A stretch of 64,000 bases of DNA, taken from NCBI GenBank assembly GCA_030390025.1, contig CM059430.1:67890001-67954000 (forward strand). The letters are read 5' to 3'. Positions 23,287 through 37,536 of the stretch are shown here, piece by piece. How positions within the stretch are numbered: the first letter of the stretch is position 1; each line of letters begins with the position of its first letter. This DNA is from Squalus acanthias. Its lineage: Eukaryota. Under the pieces are notes generated by a model. It searched no databases. It saw only the letters and a program-made list of their open reading frames with translations, and was not told the origin of the DNA. The position numbers were made by a program, and so were the translations under genes.

Positions 23287-26200
23287 AGAATCAAAAATTC
23301 AAAGAAATTTATAGTACAGAAGGAGGCCATTCAGCCCATCGTGTCTGTGCCGGCCGAAAAGGAGCTAACCAGCCTAATTCCACTTTCCAACTCTTGGTCC
23401 GTAGCCTCGTAGTTTACGGCGCTTCAAGTGCATGTCCAAGTACTTTTTTAATGTGATGAGGTTTTCTGCCTCTTCCACCCTTTCATGTCGTGAGTTCCAG
23501 AACCTCACCAACTTCCGGGTGCAAATTCTTCTCCTCAACTCCTCTCTAATCCTTCTACCAATTACTTTAAATCTATGCCCCCAGGTTATTGGCCTCTCTG
23601 CTGAGGGAAATAGGTCCTTCCTATCCATTCTATCTAGGACTCTCATAATTTTATATACCTCAACTAAATCTTCCCTCAGACTCGTCTGTTCCAAAAACAA
23701 CAACCCCAGCATATCCACTCATTCCTAGCTAAGATTCTTCAGTCCTGGCAACGTCCTCGTAAATCTCCTCTGTACACTCTCCCGTGCAATCATATCTTTC
23801 CTGTAATGTGGTGACCAGAACTTTACACAGAACTCTAGCCATGGCTTAACTCGTGATTTATACAGCTCTAGCATAAACACCCTGCTCTTATATTCTATGC
23901 CTCAGCTAATAAAGGAACGTATCCTGTATGCCTTCTAAACCACCTTATCTACCAGTCCTGCTACCTTCAGGGATCTGTAGACATGTACTACAGGGTCCCT
24001 CTGTTCATATACACTTCTCAATATCCTACCAGTTATTTTATATTCCCTTGCCTTGGTAGCATTCTCCAAATGCATTACCACACACTTCTTTGGATTTAAT
24101 TCCATTTGCCACTTTTCTGCCCACCTGGCCAATCCATTGATCTCTTCCTTAGGTCCACAGCTCTCTTCCTCCTTATCACCAAACGACCTATTTTTCTACC
24201 TTCTGCAAACTTGTTAATCATGCCCCCTAAAATTAGGTCTAAATCAAGGATATATACCTCAAAGTGCAAGTGTTCTAGTGCTGAGCCCCGTGGAATCGCA
24301 CGGGAAACAGACTTGCAGTCACAAAAACACCCGGCGACCATTACCCTTTGCATCCAGCCACTGAGCCAATTTTGGTTCCAACTTTCCACTTTCCCTTCGA
24401 TCCGATGGGCTTTTACTTTTCTGAGCAGTGTGCCATGTGTGACCTTATGAAAAGCCTTGCTAAAATCCATGTAGACTTCATTAAATGCGATAACCTCATC
24501 TATCCTTCTTGTTACCTCCTCAAAAAATACCATCAAGTTAGTCAGACACGATCTTCCCTTAACAAATTCATGCGGACTGTACATGATGAGTCCATGCCTT
24601 TCTAAATGATGATTAATATTGTCCATCAGAATTTTTTACAATTATTTGCCCACCACCGAGTTTAGGCTGACTGATCTTTAATTACTCAGTCTATTCCTTT
24701 CTCCCTTTTTAAACAATGGTATGACGTTAGCAGTCCTCCAGTGCTCCAGCACCACGCCTGTAGCCAGAGAGGATTGGAAAATAATGGTCAGAGCTTTCGC
24801 TATTTCCTCTCTTGCTTCTCTTAACAGTCTGGGATACATTTCAACCGGGCCTGGTGGTTTATCTACTTTCAAAGATGCTAAACCCCTTAAAATTTACTCT
24901 CTCACTATGATTATCTCATCTGATATTTCACACTGCTCCTCCTTAACTATAATGTCTGGATCGTCCCTCTCTTTTTTGAAGGCAGACGCAAAGTGTTCAT
25001 GAAGAACCATACCCACGTCTTCTGCTTCCACACAGAGGTTACCTTTTTGGTCTCTAATAAGCCCTACTCTTTCTTAGTTATCCGCTTGCTCTTTATATAT
25101 TTATAAAACATCTTTGGGGTTTCCTTGATTTTACTTTCAAATATATTTTTCATTCCCTGTCTTTGATTTCCTTTTTAATTTCGCCCTGCACTTTCTATAC
25201 ACCTCTAGACTTTCAGCAGTATTGAGCTCTCGGAGCTGACAAAAGCTTCCCTTTTATTGCCTTATCCTACCCTCTATGCTCCTTGACATCCAGGGGTCTC
25301 TAGATCTGGGAGTCCCACCTTTTTCTTTGTGGGAACATATTTGCTCTGAACCCGCACTATCTCCTCCTTGAATGCCTCCCACTGCTCTGACACCAACTTG
25401 CCTTCAAGTAGCTGTTTCCAGTCCACTTTTGCTAAATCACAACTCAGCTTGGTAATGTTCGCCATTCCCCAATTGAGAACTATTACTATCTTTCTTTGTC
25501 CTTTTGCATCACTACAGTAAATCTAACTAAATTATGATCATTACCACCAAAGTATTCTCCCACTGAATACCCCTTCCACCTGCGCTGCTTTATTCCATAA
25601 ACTACGTCCAGAACTGCCCCCTCTCTTTTTGGGCCTGCTACGTACTGGCTAAAAAAATTCTCCTGAATGCATTTTAACAATCGTACGCCCTCTATACCTT
25701 TTACACCGATTCTATCGTAGTCAATATTAGGGTAGTTGAAATACCCTACTATCACTGCCCTATTGTTCTTGCACTTCTCAGAAATTTGCCAACACGTTTG
25801 CTCTTATATCTCCCTCTGACTGGGGGACTATAGTACACTCCCAGCAGTGTGATTGCCCCTTTTTTGTTCTTCAGTTCAACCCATTTAATGATCCTTCTAA
25901 CATATCATACCTCCTCACAGCTGTAATTGTTTCTTTAACCGATATTGCGAACCCCCTCCTTTTTTATCCCCTTCTCTATCTCGTCTGAACACGATGTAAC
26001 CAGGAATGTTGATCTGCCATTCGTGCCCTACTTTAAGCCATGGTTCAGTAATAGCTATGATACCATATTTCAACGTGTCTAACTGTGCCCTCAGCTCATC
26101 TCCCGTATTCGCTACACTCCTTGCATTGCAGTATATAACATTAAGCACTGTCAAACTCCCTTGTTGTCAATTTTCTAGCCGCTTTTCCTCTGCGTTCCAA

Positions 26201-27270
26201 ACTTGCTTACTATTTTTCAGCCTACCCTTTCTAGCTTTGCTTCTCTCATTTCTGAATCTATGCTCACGTTCCCATTCCATTGCCAAGCTAGTTTAAACCT
26301 CCCCAATAGCATTAGCAACATCCCCTCTCCTCCACCCCCATCCCGACAATTATATTGGTCCCAACCCTGTTGAGCTGCAACCCATCAGGCTTGTACAGAT
26401 CCCACCTACGCCAAAACTGATCCCAATGCCTCAAGAATCTAAAGCTCTCCAGCCTGCATCATCTCTCCTGCCGCGCATTCATTAGCTCTATCCTCCTATA
26501 GCTGTACTCACTACCGTGTGGTAGCAGAACTAACACGGAGATTACAACCCTTGTTGTCATGCTTATTAATCTCTAACCTAAATCCCTAAAATCTGCTTGC
26601 AGGACCCCATCCCTCTTTCTACATATGTCATTGGTACCGATAAGGAACACGACCTCTGAATAGTCACCCTTCTCCCTCAAAATATCCTGCTGTCCCCAGT
26701 GAGATCCTTGAACCTGGCACCAGGGAGGCAACATATTATCCTGGAACCGCATCTGCGACTGTAGAAACGCCTATCTGTTCCCCTGACTATTGAATCCCTT
26801 ACCACTATTGGTTTGCTGACCTTCCAACCCCCGACCCCCTCCACACTCTCAATACAGCTGAGCAACCCATGCAATGGACTTGGCTCTGGCTGAACTCCCC
26901 AGAGGAACAATTGCCCCCTCCAAAATTCAGAACTGAATACCGGTTGGAGAGCGAGAAGCACTCAGGGGACTCCTACAATACCTGCCTGGTTCTCCTTTTA
27001 GGTGTGGCGGTCCCCCATTCCCTCTCTGCCTGCACACTCTTAAGCTGCAGGGTGACCACCTCTTGAAACGTGCTATCCATGTAGCTCACAGCCTCGTGGA
27101 TGCACTGCAGGGACGCTAGATAATGCTCAAGCCCAACAAAGCGGAGCTCGAGCTCCTCCAGCTGACGTGTTTGGCCAGGTCACGAGAAGTATCCTGGACT
27201 TCCCACATAGCACAGGATTCAACGGGTCTGAAGTGCCCTCACATACCTTTATTTATTAGACCAATAACTA
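23287..27270 (-). mobile_element. Near-full-length CR1 LINE (ORF1 esterase-like + ORF2 APE-RT), degenerate
   Basis: IVVRDSIVRGTDRRF..CCLPGA (ORF1); CNARSV, KGRSCLTNL..FFEEV, VYMDFSKAF, WAEKWQMELNPKKC, GHRFKVIG (ORF2). Confidence 0.9.
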
Positions 27271-28392
27271 AACTTCTTATTTTAACCCACTCCCCTAACT
27301 TAGAGAGCAGAAAAGACAAGGGCCAACCAATCAACCTACCTGCTGTCCTGTGACTCCACTTTCGAGTTTCTGCCTGTGCTTAGCTCAGCTCTCTTGCTCG
27401 CGAGTCCTCCTTTTATCTGTCTCCGATCTTGCTGAGCTCACCTTTCCCGCTCTCGGGCCCTTCTTTTATCCGCCTCTGATCTTGCTTCTTCAATAGACTG
27501 GCAAAAATTTAGAGAAATGGTGTAACTGGCTGAAAGACTAAGGCAATCGATGTGATATTTCATTGTTTGTAAGATGGCATATGCACTAAAGGACCAAACT
27601 TTTATGCTTGTGCTTCGGACATAGGCCTAGAGAGATTATTGTGAAATTGTGCACCTCAGCTCCATGGTGCTCAATCATTGTAAGAAGTAGAAAAATTACA
27701 GTTTGATGCTTTAAGGCAGATACTGGCTGACAACGGGGGAAATGGTAGTGGGTACCTAAGGGTACAAAAGGGCATGAAATGTTGTTGGTGGAGCAGGCTA
27801 ACAACCAGAACAATAGTGGGAAGTTGTAGTCTGATGGTTTGAAAGGGAACAAGGGCAGTTTAGGTCCTATTCCTCTGGGCCACCATCTCCTACAAGGCTG
27901 CAAGAACTTGCTCCCCATTGCTGCCAGCTCTCAACAGCATCCAATAGTGCACAGGTCTGTTCCCACAATGCTCCCATACCTCTGCCTCATCCCTGTTGGT
28001 CCCTATGGTTCCCCTTCTCGGGGTTTCTGACCACACTCTAAGATATTGAGAACCACTTTCACTGCTCCCAAAACCTTCAACCACATTTCCAAAGCTCCCT
28101 GATCCTTGAACTGCCATCATTACTGCCAGACCATGAGTGAAAACCAACATCCATCGCACAGTGATCACAGTATGGCAGGTCGTGCACCAGTATTGCCAGA
28201 AACAGTCTAGAGTTTCCAGAATACTTGGCCAGTCTCTCAATGCTGTCAGACTGCGATACACTCAAAATACAGCTAGACGCCATTCATTAATTTTAAAACC
28301 CTAATATTCTGAATGCTCGCAGATTCTAGGGCTGCCTGAATTCCGCTTAATCAGATTCCATTCTAAAGCATAAAAACTTCCATTAGACAGCT

Positions 28393-31300
28393 GGAGGGGA
28401 AATACGTCCCCATAGCGCCTCCTATTAGGGCCAGTAGATGGCGCTAATGGGACGTTAGACCAGTATCGCTGGGGCGAGGCGAATCCAGTGCCGCATGCCA
28501 TATCCCGCCCCTCGCGCCCCCTCCCCCCCCCCCCACCCCCACCCCGCTACCCACCACAGTGCCGCTGGTAAGAGGTATCGCCGGGAACGTCAACGCCAGG
28601 CATATCATGACGGCAATGAGTTTGCAATGCTCACTGACTGCCCGATTTGCTGAATGTATTCTTGCCACCTACCTCAGCAACAGGAATCCGGCTCCAGGAA
28701 CATTATTTAAAGAGATCATCAGTAATGACTCGCAGCTGTCAGGTTAGTGCAGTTTTAGTGGTTTCTTGTCAGTTTCACCCACTGCAAGTTTCATTCAGTA
28801 ATTTGGAGGTTCTTTTGTATCAGGAGTCATCTGGCAACTAAATAGAAGCTACAATTTTTCTTCAAAGATTCAAACTGTACACTTATTAACATTAATGGGG
28901 GCTGTACTGGCAAGCCACCTCGCCGTCCAGGATCTATAGCAGAGAGAGCATAGGGAGCGAGAAATATGGGAATACGTGCGCAGAAACTTGAGGAGGACCA
29001 TCAGGGCCCTCACCAGGAAGCCTTCCCTCTGAGGGTATTCCAAGAGCACTTCTCCTACTTTCCATTAATCGAGGAGTAGTGTATTAGATGCTCCACCTCA
29101 CCAAGGAGGTGGTCACAGAACTCTGCTACCTCCTCCAACCAGACATCCAACTTCACACCAGGATTACTTAAAGCCCACGTTCCCTTTGCTCACCACATCC
29201 CCATCATTCCATCCCTCTCGTAGGCCATATGACACCACAAAGCTGAAATGACAGACACCACAAAAGAATGGTAAGTGAATTAATAAATTTTTCAAAAATC
29301 AGTGAACAAATATTTACACCAAAATATTAACTATTCATCCTTGTGCAATCCCTTAGCTCCTGTCATTACTGTGCCTTTACCTAATCTAGTGCTCCAACGA
29401 CGTGTTGGTCCAATGGCTGCAGCAGGGCTAGTGGAAGGCTGCTGAGCGTCCGTGCAGGAGACTTCAGATGGCATTGCAGGATGCCCTCGACCAGCTCTGG
29501 ACCTGCAAGGCGCGGCTGTAGACTGCACCACCTCAGCATGGGCGGCAGCGGTCTGGGCTGGCTGCTTGACAGGCAGTGCCAAGGGCAATGGCAGAGTGGT
29601 AGTGGTGGGAGCAGGAATGCTGTCATCCTGAGAGATGACAGCAAGTTCCTGCTCCACTGACTCGCTGCCAATCCCCGGGCAGCACCGCAGCAACCCTAGC
29701 AATCTGTTGGAGCACAGATTGCTGACCTGCTGCAATACCATGAAAGCCCCGGTCAATGGTGGTAGACCCAGTCACGAGGGCAGCAGTCAGAGCTTGCATG
29801 GCGTCAAGCTGAGACTGCATGAGAGCGGACTGAGATTGAATGCCAACAAGCAAAGACTGCATTACAGCATTAAGACGTTGTCTCACTTCCGCCTGTGCTG
29901 AAATGTAAGATGCCAGATCGCCCATCGCACGCGGCATCAGGTCTGGGTCACCATGGGCTCTGTGGGAGTCTGCCATCCTTTGCAGACTGGAAATGATGGG
30001 CTCCATGGTGTGCGCAGAGCCTTGTGAAATGTTGGAATGGACTTCTCCACACTCCTTACCATTGCCGAGTGGCTCTCGGGCTCCCTTGCCAATGCACCTA
30101 TCATCTCTGTGTGCATATCCAACACCCTCTTTCTAAAGGCCTCCCCATCGAGGGCCTCATCTGAATCCTGTGCAGCAAAACTCACTCGCCCTCTGGGGAG
30201 CTGGCTTCCGAGCTACCATTCCCCCTTGACCTTGTTGCAGCCCACTCATCCCCAGTGGCTCAGCCTGTTTAGATCCCTCTACTATACTAGTCTCTAAAGA
30301 ACACGTCGTGCCGGTATATCAGCTGGTGTCTGCAGGTGAGAGATGCAGTGATGTGGTGTGTTCTTCCTCCTCCTCTTCTCCCACCTCGCTCTCTGCGGTG
30401 CCCTCAGGCTGCTCAGGTATTTGCTGATTATCTGAAAGAATAAAGGCACAAGACTCGGGTTATGGTGAGGGGAGAGCGGTAGAAAGGGAGAAATGCATAC
30501 ATACAGCGTGATTAGCTGGAAAGTGCGAAAGGCTTGCGGGGTGCGGGGGAAGTGGGATGTGAGAAGAACGAGTAGGGATGCACATACCATTGTTGTCCCC
30601 AAGGGAGGTCAACGTCGGAGGTGGTCATGGCGCCCACCACCTGTTGCCCAATGATCTGCAGCATTCGATTCTCCAGTGCAGACAGTGGTTGGGTGTCGGC
30701 TTGTCCCCCGCCTGTGCGCTTCTGATCCCTCCTGTTGTGAGCCACGTTGGCCTGCAAGAGATAGGAAAGTGTGTGAGTGAGTGTGGAGCAATTAGTTTGG
30801 GTGATGTGTCTGCCATAGATGAATAGCTGTGATTGTGTGCAAGGTGTGAGATGTGGATGAGTGTTGGTAGTTAGAGATTGTTGGTGGGTGAGTGCTGGGG
30901 CTGTGGTGCTTTAGGCACTGTGTGAAGATTTTGGTACAGATGGTGGTATGTAGCATTTTTTGAAGCATTCACTCACCCTTACCACCCGAGTGAGGTCATT
31001 AAATTTCTTCCTGCACTCTGTGTGGGTCCTGGGGACCACAGTGCTGCCCAAGATGTGCTGCGCTACTTCTGTCCACATGGTGCAGAAGACTTGTAGTGCA
31101 ATCCTCCTGCCACTTGTCGGGTACAACACCGCCCTCCGTCTCACCTCAGCAAAAACCAATGCCTCCAATGCTTCATCAGAGAACCTGCAGGCTCTCTCCC
31201 GAGGCGTGGATCTGCCATGAGCACACCTGGTTAAGTCCTCCGGCTCCCTCTCCTTCTCCTTGTTCTGCTTCTGCTTGCTGAGGCAGCTGCACAGCCAGGA

Positions 31301-31582
31301 ATAGTGAGAATGAGGTGCAGCAGCATTAACGAACCTTGCCTTTAAGTAGTGAAAAAAGCCTCTGGCAATAATGATTTGCGATTTGACTGCACCTGATATT
31401 GGTCCACCCTTTAAATCTAATGCCAATGAGCTTGGGTTATAAGACTTGATTTGGGACTCCAATCATTTTATTGAGCAGTGAGCATGAATTTTGCATGCAG
31501 TCTAAAGCATTTGCGCCTGGCACTAATGTCCAACTTTTCTACTGACACTGCCCATTCCTTGGCTATAACGAATTTCTATCCC
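28393..31582. mobile_element. Degenerate, internally deleted PIF/Harbinger transposon
   Basis: Transposase N-terminal remnant at ~28900-29160 (+; KEVVTELCYLLQPD) convergent with a Myb/SANT gene (-). Weak TIRs GGAGGGGAAATACG / CGAATTTCTATCCC. Confidence 0.65.
29331..31218 (-). pseudogene. Spliced Myb/SANT-like DNA-binding gene of a Harbinger element
   Basis: RACRFSDEALEALV...W.EVA...RTHTECRKKFNDL|gtgagt; exon 2 ANVAHNRRDQKRTGGG; frameshifted C-terminal exon. Confidence 0.75.
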
Positions 31583-31942
31583 TTTTTCTTAAAGAACATC
31601 CATTTCAGTGAGCAACGCCATGGAGGGTCCGTTAGTGTTTAATTAAATAGATGTGGTGCCATTTCTCTGAAATAAACAAACCACAATGCACTCGAGACAA
31701 TAATTTGTTTGATTAAAAATGGAACATGTTGTGTTTTGTTTTCGTATGCTATTACCATCTTCTGGCAACCAATCCTAGTGATGCTTATGGAATTTCCAGT
31801 TGATTGAGTCAAATTCACATTAGACAACATCTACATAAAGGGACGACACTGCACTTACCAGAACTGTGGAATAACTTTATACTCCCATCCCAAATTTGTT
31901 GCCCAGACTATTCAAAGTCACCTCTTATGGTGCATTTATGTT

Positions 31943-32687
31943 GGCCCGTAATTTCCGATAGGAGGCTTCCTGCGTGCGGTTGCCTCCTATCGGGAAAAAA
32001 TCTGCGCCCTTACCTGAGGGATCCCGAGGTCCAGCCATTTCCGATCCTAGGCCTCACCACCACAAAATGCGCAGGGCCCACGTATGCCAGGGGCGCATGC
32101 GGTTCGCAAAAGTCCCTGGGATCACATGGACCAGGCTAGCAAATGAAAGAAGGGAATCCAACTTCATACTTTTGACAGATAGACCTGCCAAAAGTATGAA
32201 TGGGGATCACTGAAAAAAGCCAATAAATTAAAAAAAATCCATCACGTTATTAAAATGAGTTAAAATCACATTAAATTAAATATTGTAAACAAAAATTAAT
32301 TTTTTTGGAAAAAAAAGTTAAAGCTTTTTTACGGGGCTAAAAATAAACTTATCTTTTTAAAAAGTATTTTAAAATTATAAATGAGTGAAATTTTTTTTTT
32401 ACCTTTTTAAACTCTTATGCTGGTAAAAGCAGGCCTTACACCTGCTTTTACCTGGCATAAGATTTTTAAGTGATTTCAGCGGGCGGAGGTTCTGCAGAAA
32501 GCGGAACTCTGCACCCACAGAGGCCCTTCTCCAGGGCAGGCGTCCGATCTGTCAAGAGTATTCTTGACAGATCGGAAATGCAAGTTTTCAGCACATGCGC
32601 TTCACATGCCTGAAACCGGCATTTCCGATGTCCTTACGGGGGTGTACACACCTCGTACACACCCGTTGGCATCGGAAAATACGGGCC
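31943..32687. mobile_element. PIF/Harbinger-type MITE (same family as 8497-9220)
   Basis: TIRs GGCCCGTAATTTCCGAT / ATCGGAAAATACGGGCC; flanks gtt/att. Confidence 0.85.
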
Positions 32688-32975
32688 ATTACACTTGTAG
32701 CGACTTGCACGCTGCAGTTAAAATACAAATGCAGCAGGAAATCAGATTCAGAACACAATGGCCCTTAATTTGCAGTCAGCAGCAAAGTGAAGGCGTTCGC
32801 TGCTGGCCCCAAAGTACACTTAGCATAGAGGTCTCACGATCGCTGTGTCGAGAACTTCGGGTCTTCCGACCTTCAATTCAAATCAACGGAAGTTAATGGG
32901 GATCCCCTTGTGCTAACTGCTGTGACGTCAAGTGGCTTTCTAAGCAGCCAATCAAAAGGCAGAATACTCACAGGA

Positions 32976-33250
32976 TTAAGGTGCTTGGCAGAAGTACCAA
33001 AGGCGACATGAGCAAACACGTTTTTACGCAGCGAGTGCTCGGGATCTGGAATTCACTGGCTGAAAGGGTGTTGGAGGCAGGTTCAATTGTGGCTTACAAA
33101 AGGGAATTGGTAAGTATCTGAAGGAAAAACATTTGCAAGGCTAGGGGAAAGGGCTGGGGAGTGGGACTAGCTTAAGCGCTCTCACAGAGAGCTGGCTTGA
33201 CCTCGACGGGCCTCCTTCTGTGCTGTAACCATGCTATGATTCTATGATTC
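32976..33250 (+). mobile_element. CR1 LINE 3' tail
   Basis: tttttacgcagcgagtg...ctccttctgtgctgtaaccatgctatgattctatgattc. Confidence 0.75.
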
Positions 33251-33802
33251 TTTGACATCGAACAAGGAAGTGAAGAAGCTCATAAAATTCTAACATTTTA
33301 ATCATTTTAGAGAGAGCAAAACAAAGATTGGGGCTCTCACATGGGGAAAAGGCAAACCTGAAAAAAATGGACAAACTTTAAAAATAATTTTGAAAATATT
33401 TCTTGGAAAATGTCTATAACATTTTAATTTTTATTAAAATGGAATAACTTCACACTGCACTAAATTAAAATTAGCTTTCCAGGCCCTTAACATTTGTTTA
33501 GCATTAATAATGCTGTTAAAACACCAGTTGCACCTAATCCCTTTAGGCCTAACTTTTAGTGGGGAATTTAACAGCGTTATTTTTGCGGATGTGCCAAAGT
33601 TTTCGTCAATTGCCCTGATTTGGCTGATTACAAAGATTGCCGGATCCATGAGGGGGCGGGGGAGTCACAGCACTGCCAGTTTCGGAGCTGTGAATGACTG
33701 ACCGCAACTTCGCCAAATCCCAAAGTTGCGTTCAGTTTCTAAGCGGAATGACGACGAATGCTGCCAGTTCGCCATCATAGGGAAGTCAAATTCTTGGCCA
33801 AT

Positions 33803-33987
33803 GGTATAAATTCGTATTGTGCGGTAGCGGATAAACGGGTGAAAGCGCGACAGCTGCCCATTTTGCAATCTGCCCGATTTTCATTTGCATTTACTTCAAT
33901 GGAATAATAATCAAATGGAGTGCAAAATGGAATGTCGATTCACTATTGCCGATTTTGCGCAGCGGCACAAGACAAATTTATACCCCA
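33803..33987. repeat. Short hairpin MITE-like element
   Basis: ggtataaattcgtattgtgcgg... / ...cggcacaagacaaatttatacc inverted ends; related to 57740 and 59616. Confidence 0.55.
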
Positions 33988-34701
33988 ATACGTCACTGGG
34001 GTGCATTTTTAGTTTCTACAATAAGAAAAATCGTACAGGGTGTGTAATAGGTTGGCGATCTACCACCGCATATATTGCGCCCCCACTAAGTTTCAATTTC
34101 TGTCCCTCAGTTGCAGTGGGATCAAAATGACTGTTGCAGTAGATCGCAGCCCACAGAGTCAATCCAGTCTTATGTGGTTCTCATCCCAAAGGGCAAATTG
34201 AGCGAGGATCAGGGAGGAAAATATATAATTGGTTCTAAAATTGTGCACTTATTGGCTAAGGTTAAAGTTAAAACCATTTTAACCACTTCAAATTTCCCGA
34301 AAATATTTTGTGTGTATATTTGGTGATACTACAATCCCAATAAACAACATAATTCGAGTATGATTTTCGACCTATAAATATGCGGCTAGACTGAAAACGA
34401 ACTCTGAACTCATTGCCTCGTATTCCCATTTTTGGTGTTCGGCCGCGATTCTGTTCGTGGAGGCGGGTTGGCGTCGGAAACGGAGCTCAGCGTTTTGCGG
34501 ACCCGCAGCCAGCTCCAGCCGGCCATCCGACACAATTTTGGTTTAATTGGGCTAATTGAGCCCGCCGCGTGGGTTACCAGCCCTCATCACAAGGTGGGGG
34601 TCTGTTCAGCTGCTCTGCTGACACATGTGCAGCCGGAGTAATTAAGGGGACCATTCCACAGTTACATCTGAAGTCGTTTATGCTGCTCTTGACTGCTGCT
34701 G

Positions 34702-37536
34702 GTGCGAAATATGTCTGCAGAGGGACAGCAGGCAGCTCCCCTGTTCAATGAGGAATTCCTGCATGTTCATGTTGAGGGAGTTAGAGCTCCTGAGGTCCTG
34801 TACAGGGGAGATGGAAGAAGGAAACCTCCTCAGCAGATGAAGGCAGCCTGGCTGCGAATACCTGGGGAGGTCTATGCCAGGTCAATGGTGACACGCACCT
34901 GGATTCAATGCAGGATGAGGTTCAATGATCTCCTGCGCACAGTAAAAGTTAATATAAAAGCACAATTCCCTTAATTCTGCTCTGCTTGTGTAGGGGGTGG
35001 TGTGTTGGGGTCAGGTTCACCTCTGACTCAGTGAGCAGTTCGAATCGCTCTCACGCCCCTGGTGCTAGACCTTGAACTTATTTGGGGGTTGTGAACAGAG
35101 ATGCAGTAGACAACAGGTTTTGATGAAAGAGTTTTGACTTTTATTAAAGAAAAGTTAACAAACTTAAACCACACGTAATGCTTCAACACAGGTTGGAGAA
35201 CACCGGTACAGGTGAGGGAGAAACACAATCTAAACAAACCCTTATCCCTCCCAAATCCCAATGCCTAGCTAGGGTTGATTCCAGCAGATCAGTGATAATG
35301 CTCACCAAATGACAGTTCTTGACAGTTGAGAGTTATGGTTTAGAGTCTTTTGAGTAAAAGGTTTCATAAGGCCCTTGTTGCCGCGAGGTGTCCAACAGTC
35401 ACTGAGGCGGTCGCTCTGGTCTCTTGAACTGCTGCCCTTCTTTGTTGTACTTCTTTCTGTTGAACTCTGCCTCTGTTTAAACTGTCTTCATCCAAGCTGT
35501 GGAACTGCCTTCTTGCAGAACTGTGGAACACCTTGCTGCTTCATCCTTGCTTCTCCTGAACTCTGTCACTCCAGCCCTGACTTCTGCTGAAAACAGGCTT
35601 TTCGATTCAACTGCAGAACTGCCTCCTGTTGAACTTGAACTGTTTTTACTGTTTGATGGGCCTTCAATTATACTAAATTGAAGTGGCTTTATCTACCCCA
35701 AATGAAATCCCGGTCATTGTAAGACCTCGTTAATAGTAACGACTTTACTAGCGTGTTAACTGGTTTTGTATAGCTCCATCCTGTCGATCTGTTGTTTAAT
35801 CTGAGTTTGAAATGTCCTCATGTTTTGGGTTTCTTGACTGGGCCTATAACTTTGCTTTATGCATGTCTTTAATGGGTTCTGTAATCGGTTTGATGGGACC
35901 TGTTGTTTTGGGTGGGGCTGTCTCCTCCTAGGGTCTATTGTGAAAATGTTAATGCTTGCTGGGGCTTGAGTGAGGTCATCCCGATTCCCCAGACAATGCA
36001 ATTTAACTGCAATTACCAAAACTGCTTTTGCAGAGGTCGAACACAACTTCCTTCATAGCCTTTTCTCCCTTCACAGGCCCAGACATGCTTTTAAAATGCC
36101 AAAACTTGGTTTTTGGTCTTACAGTCTCTTATGTTAGGCCCAAATGCATTTTTATAACTCTGAGGTAGTTCCAAAGTCCTTTTTCCTTAGGTTTTGGGAT
36201 CTGCAAATTTTGGAAACCTTACACCTGTCATCACATCCCCATCACTCTGCATTGTCACCCCTACCCCTGCACATCCTCACTCAAGCCAGCATCAGTGGCA
36301 CGCTCAACCTTCCCTCTCTCCCTATGTACGGAATCACTACCCCCATCTAACTATGCCCCCCTCGCACCCCTCACACCCCTGGTTGTGCAATGACAACAAC
36401 TAGCAGCTCAAAAGGAGGGAACTTGGTCATGGGAACCCATTCCATCGTAGTCTCCCTTCAAACATCTATGCTATTAACTCTATACACTCATTCCATCACT
36501 TTCACTGAAAGTCCAAATCTTTCCCTCATTGCAGGAGAAGAGAGCCCACCATAAGGGGGAGAGGGGGAGAAAAGGAGAAGGACCACCATCCGTGGCGCAG
36601 CTGACCAACGCTGAGGAGGCAGCTCTAGACATTGCTGGAAGTCCTGAGAAGCTTGAAGTGGGGGACGGAGAGACAGGCTCGGTAGAGTAACCTGGTGACA
36701 GAATTATTTTCCAGATATCTGATTTGGCATTCATGAGTGACGAATATTAAATCTGATATTCATAGCAGTGGAGCGTCCTCTTCAGAGTCCAAAGGGTGCT
36801 CCTAGCTCTGCTCAGCTGCAAGTAGATGCTGAGACTCTGGGCCATCCAGAAGGAGAGCGGTACTGGAGCTTCAGGGACAAGTGCAGGAGGCTCTGACTGG
36901 CTTTGCAAGCATAGTGACTGCGAGTGTGCAGAGAATAGGGAAGTCCATATCAAACATGAGTAATGCAATTGCGCATGCAATGGCGAACGTGGGTTCTGCA
37001 ATGGAAAGGATGGCAACCTCCATGGAGGACATCATTCAAATGAATCAAAACAACATGGTGACTCGTCTAGATAGATGGTCAGCTATGGAGGATAGAAGGA
37101 CATCTATCGTGGAGAGGAACCAGAGGTATATGGATGTCCCCGTTATGAGGACTGTCAGTAGAGAGACGGGTCCACATGGTGCAACTGATGTGCAGCAAGG
37201 TGCGATCTAGCTCCTTGCTAGCAGAGAAGTGCGGGTGGCCCATGAGAGGGATGATGGGGTAGGGGATATGAGTGTGAGGGCTCCTTTCCAATGCCAACCC
37301 CTCGGTCAGTGCATCAGATAAGCACCCAAGCAGTGATGGCCGAGTTTGCCTCTGTGCAGCTGCAGGTGGTGCAGACTTTGGCGAGGTCTTCACAGGCTCC
37401 AAAGCCAAGAGGACGACCGCCAAAGGCGTCTAAGCAGGTGCAGCAGGGAGGTGAGCAGGCTGTCTCTACAGCTGCTGAAGCCACAGGGGGAGCACAACGT
37501 AGAAGTACGCGTAAGAGACAGATGACACGTAAATAA
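34702..37536 (+). pseudogene. Spliced Myb/SANT-like gene of a second degenerate Harbinger-type element
   Basis: AAPLFNEE...AAWLRIPGEV...RTWIQCRMRFNDL; exon 2 at ~36534 (EKRAHH..ERGRKG.GPP.VAQLT.AEE.AL); basic C-terminus RRSTRKR. Confidence 0.7.
34989..36123 (-). mobile_element. Possible solo LTR inserted in the Myb/SANT intron
   Basis: TGTAG...TTACA ends and a minus-strand AATAAA; interrupts the Myb/SANT intron; no TSD found. Confidence 0.35.
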
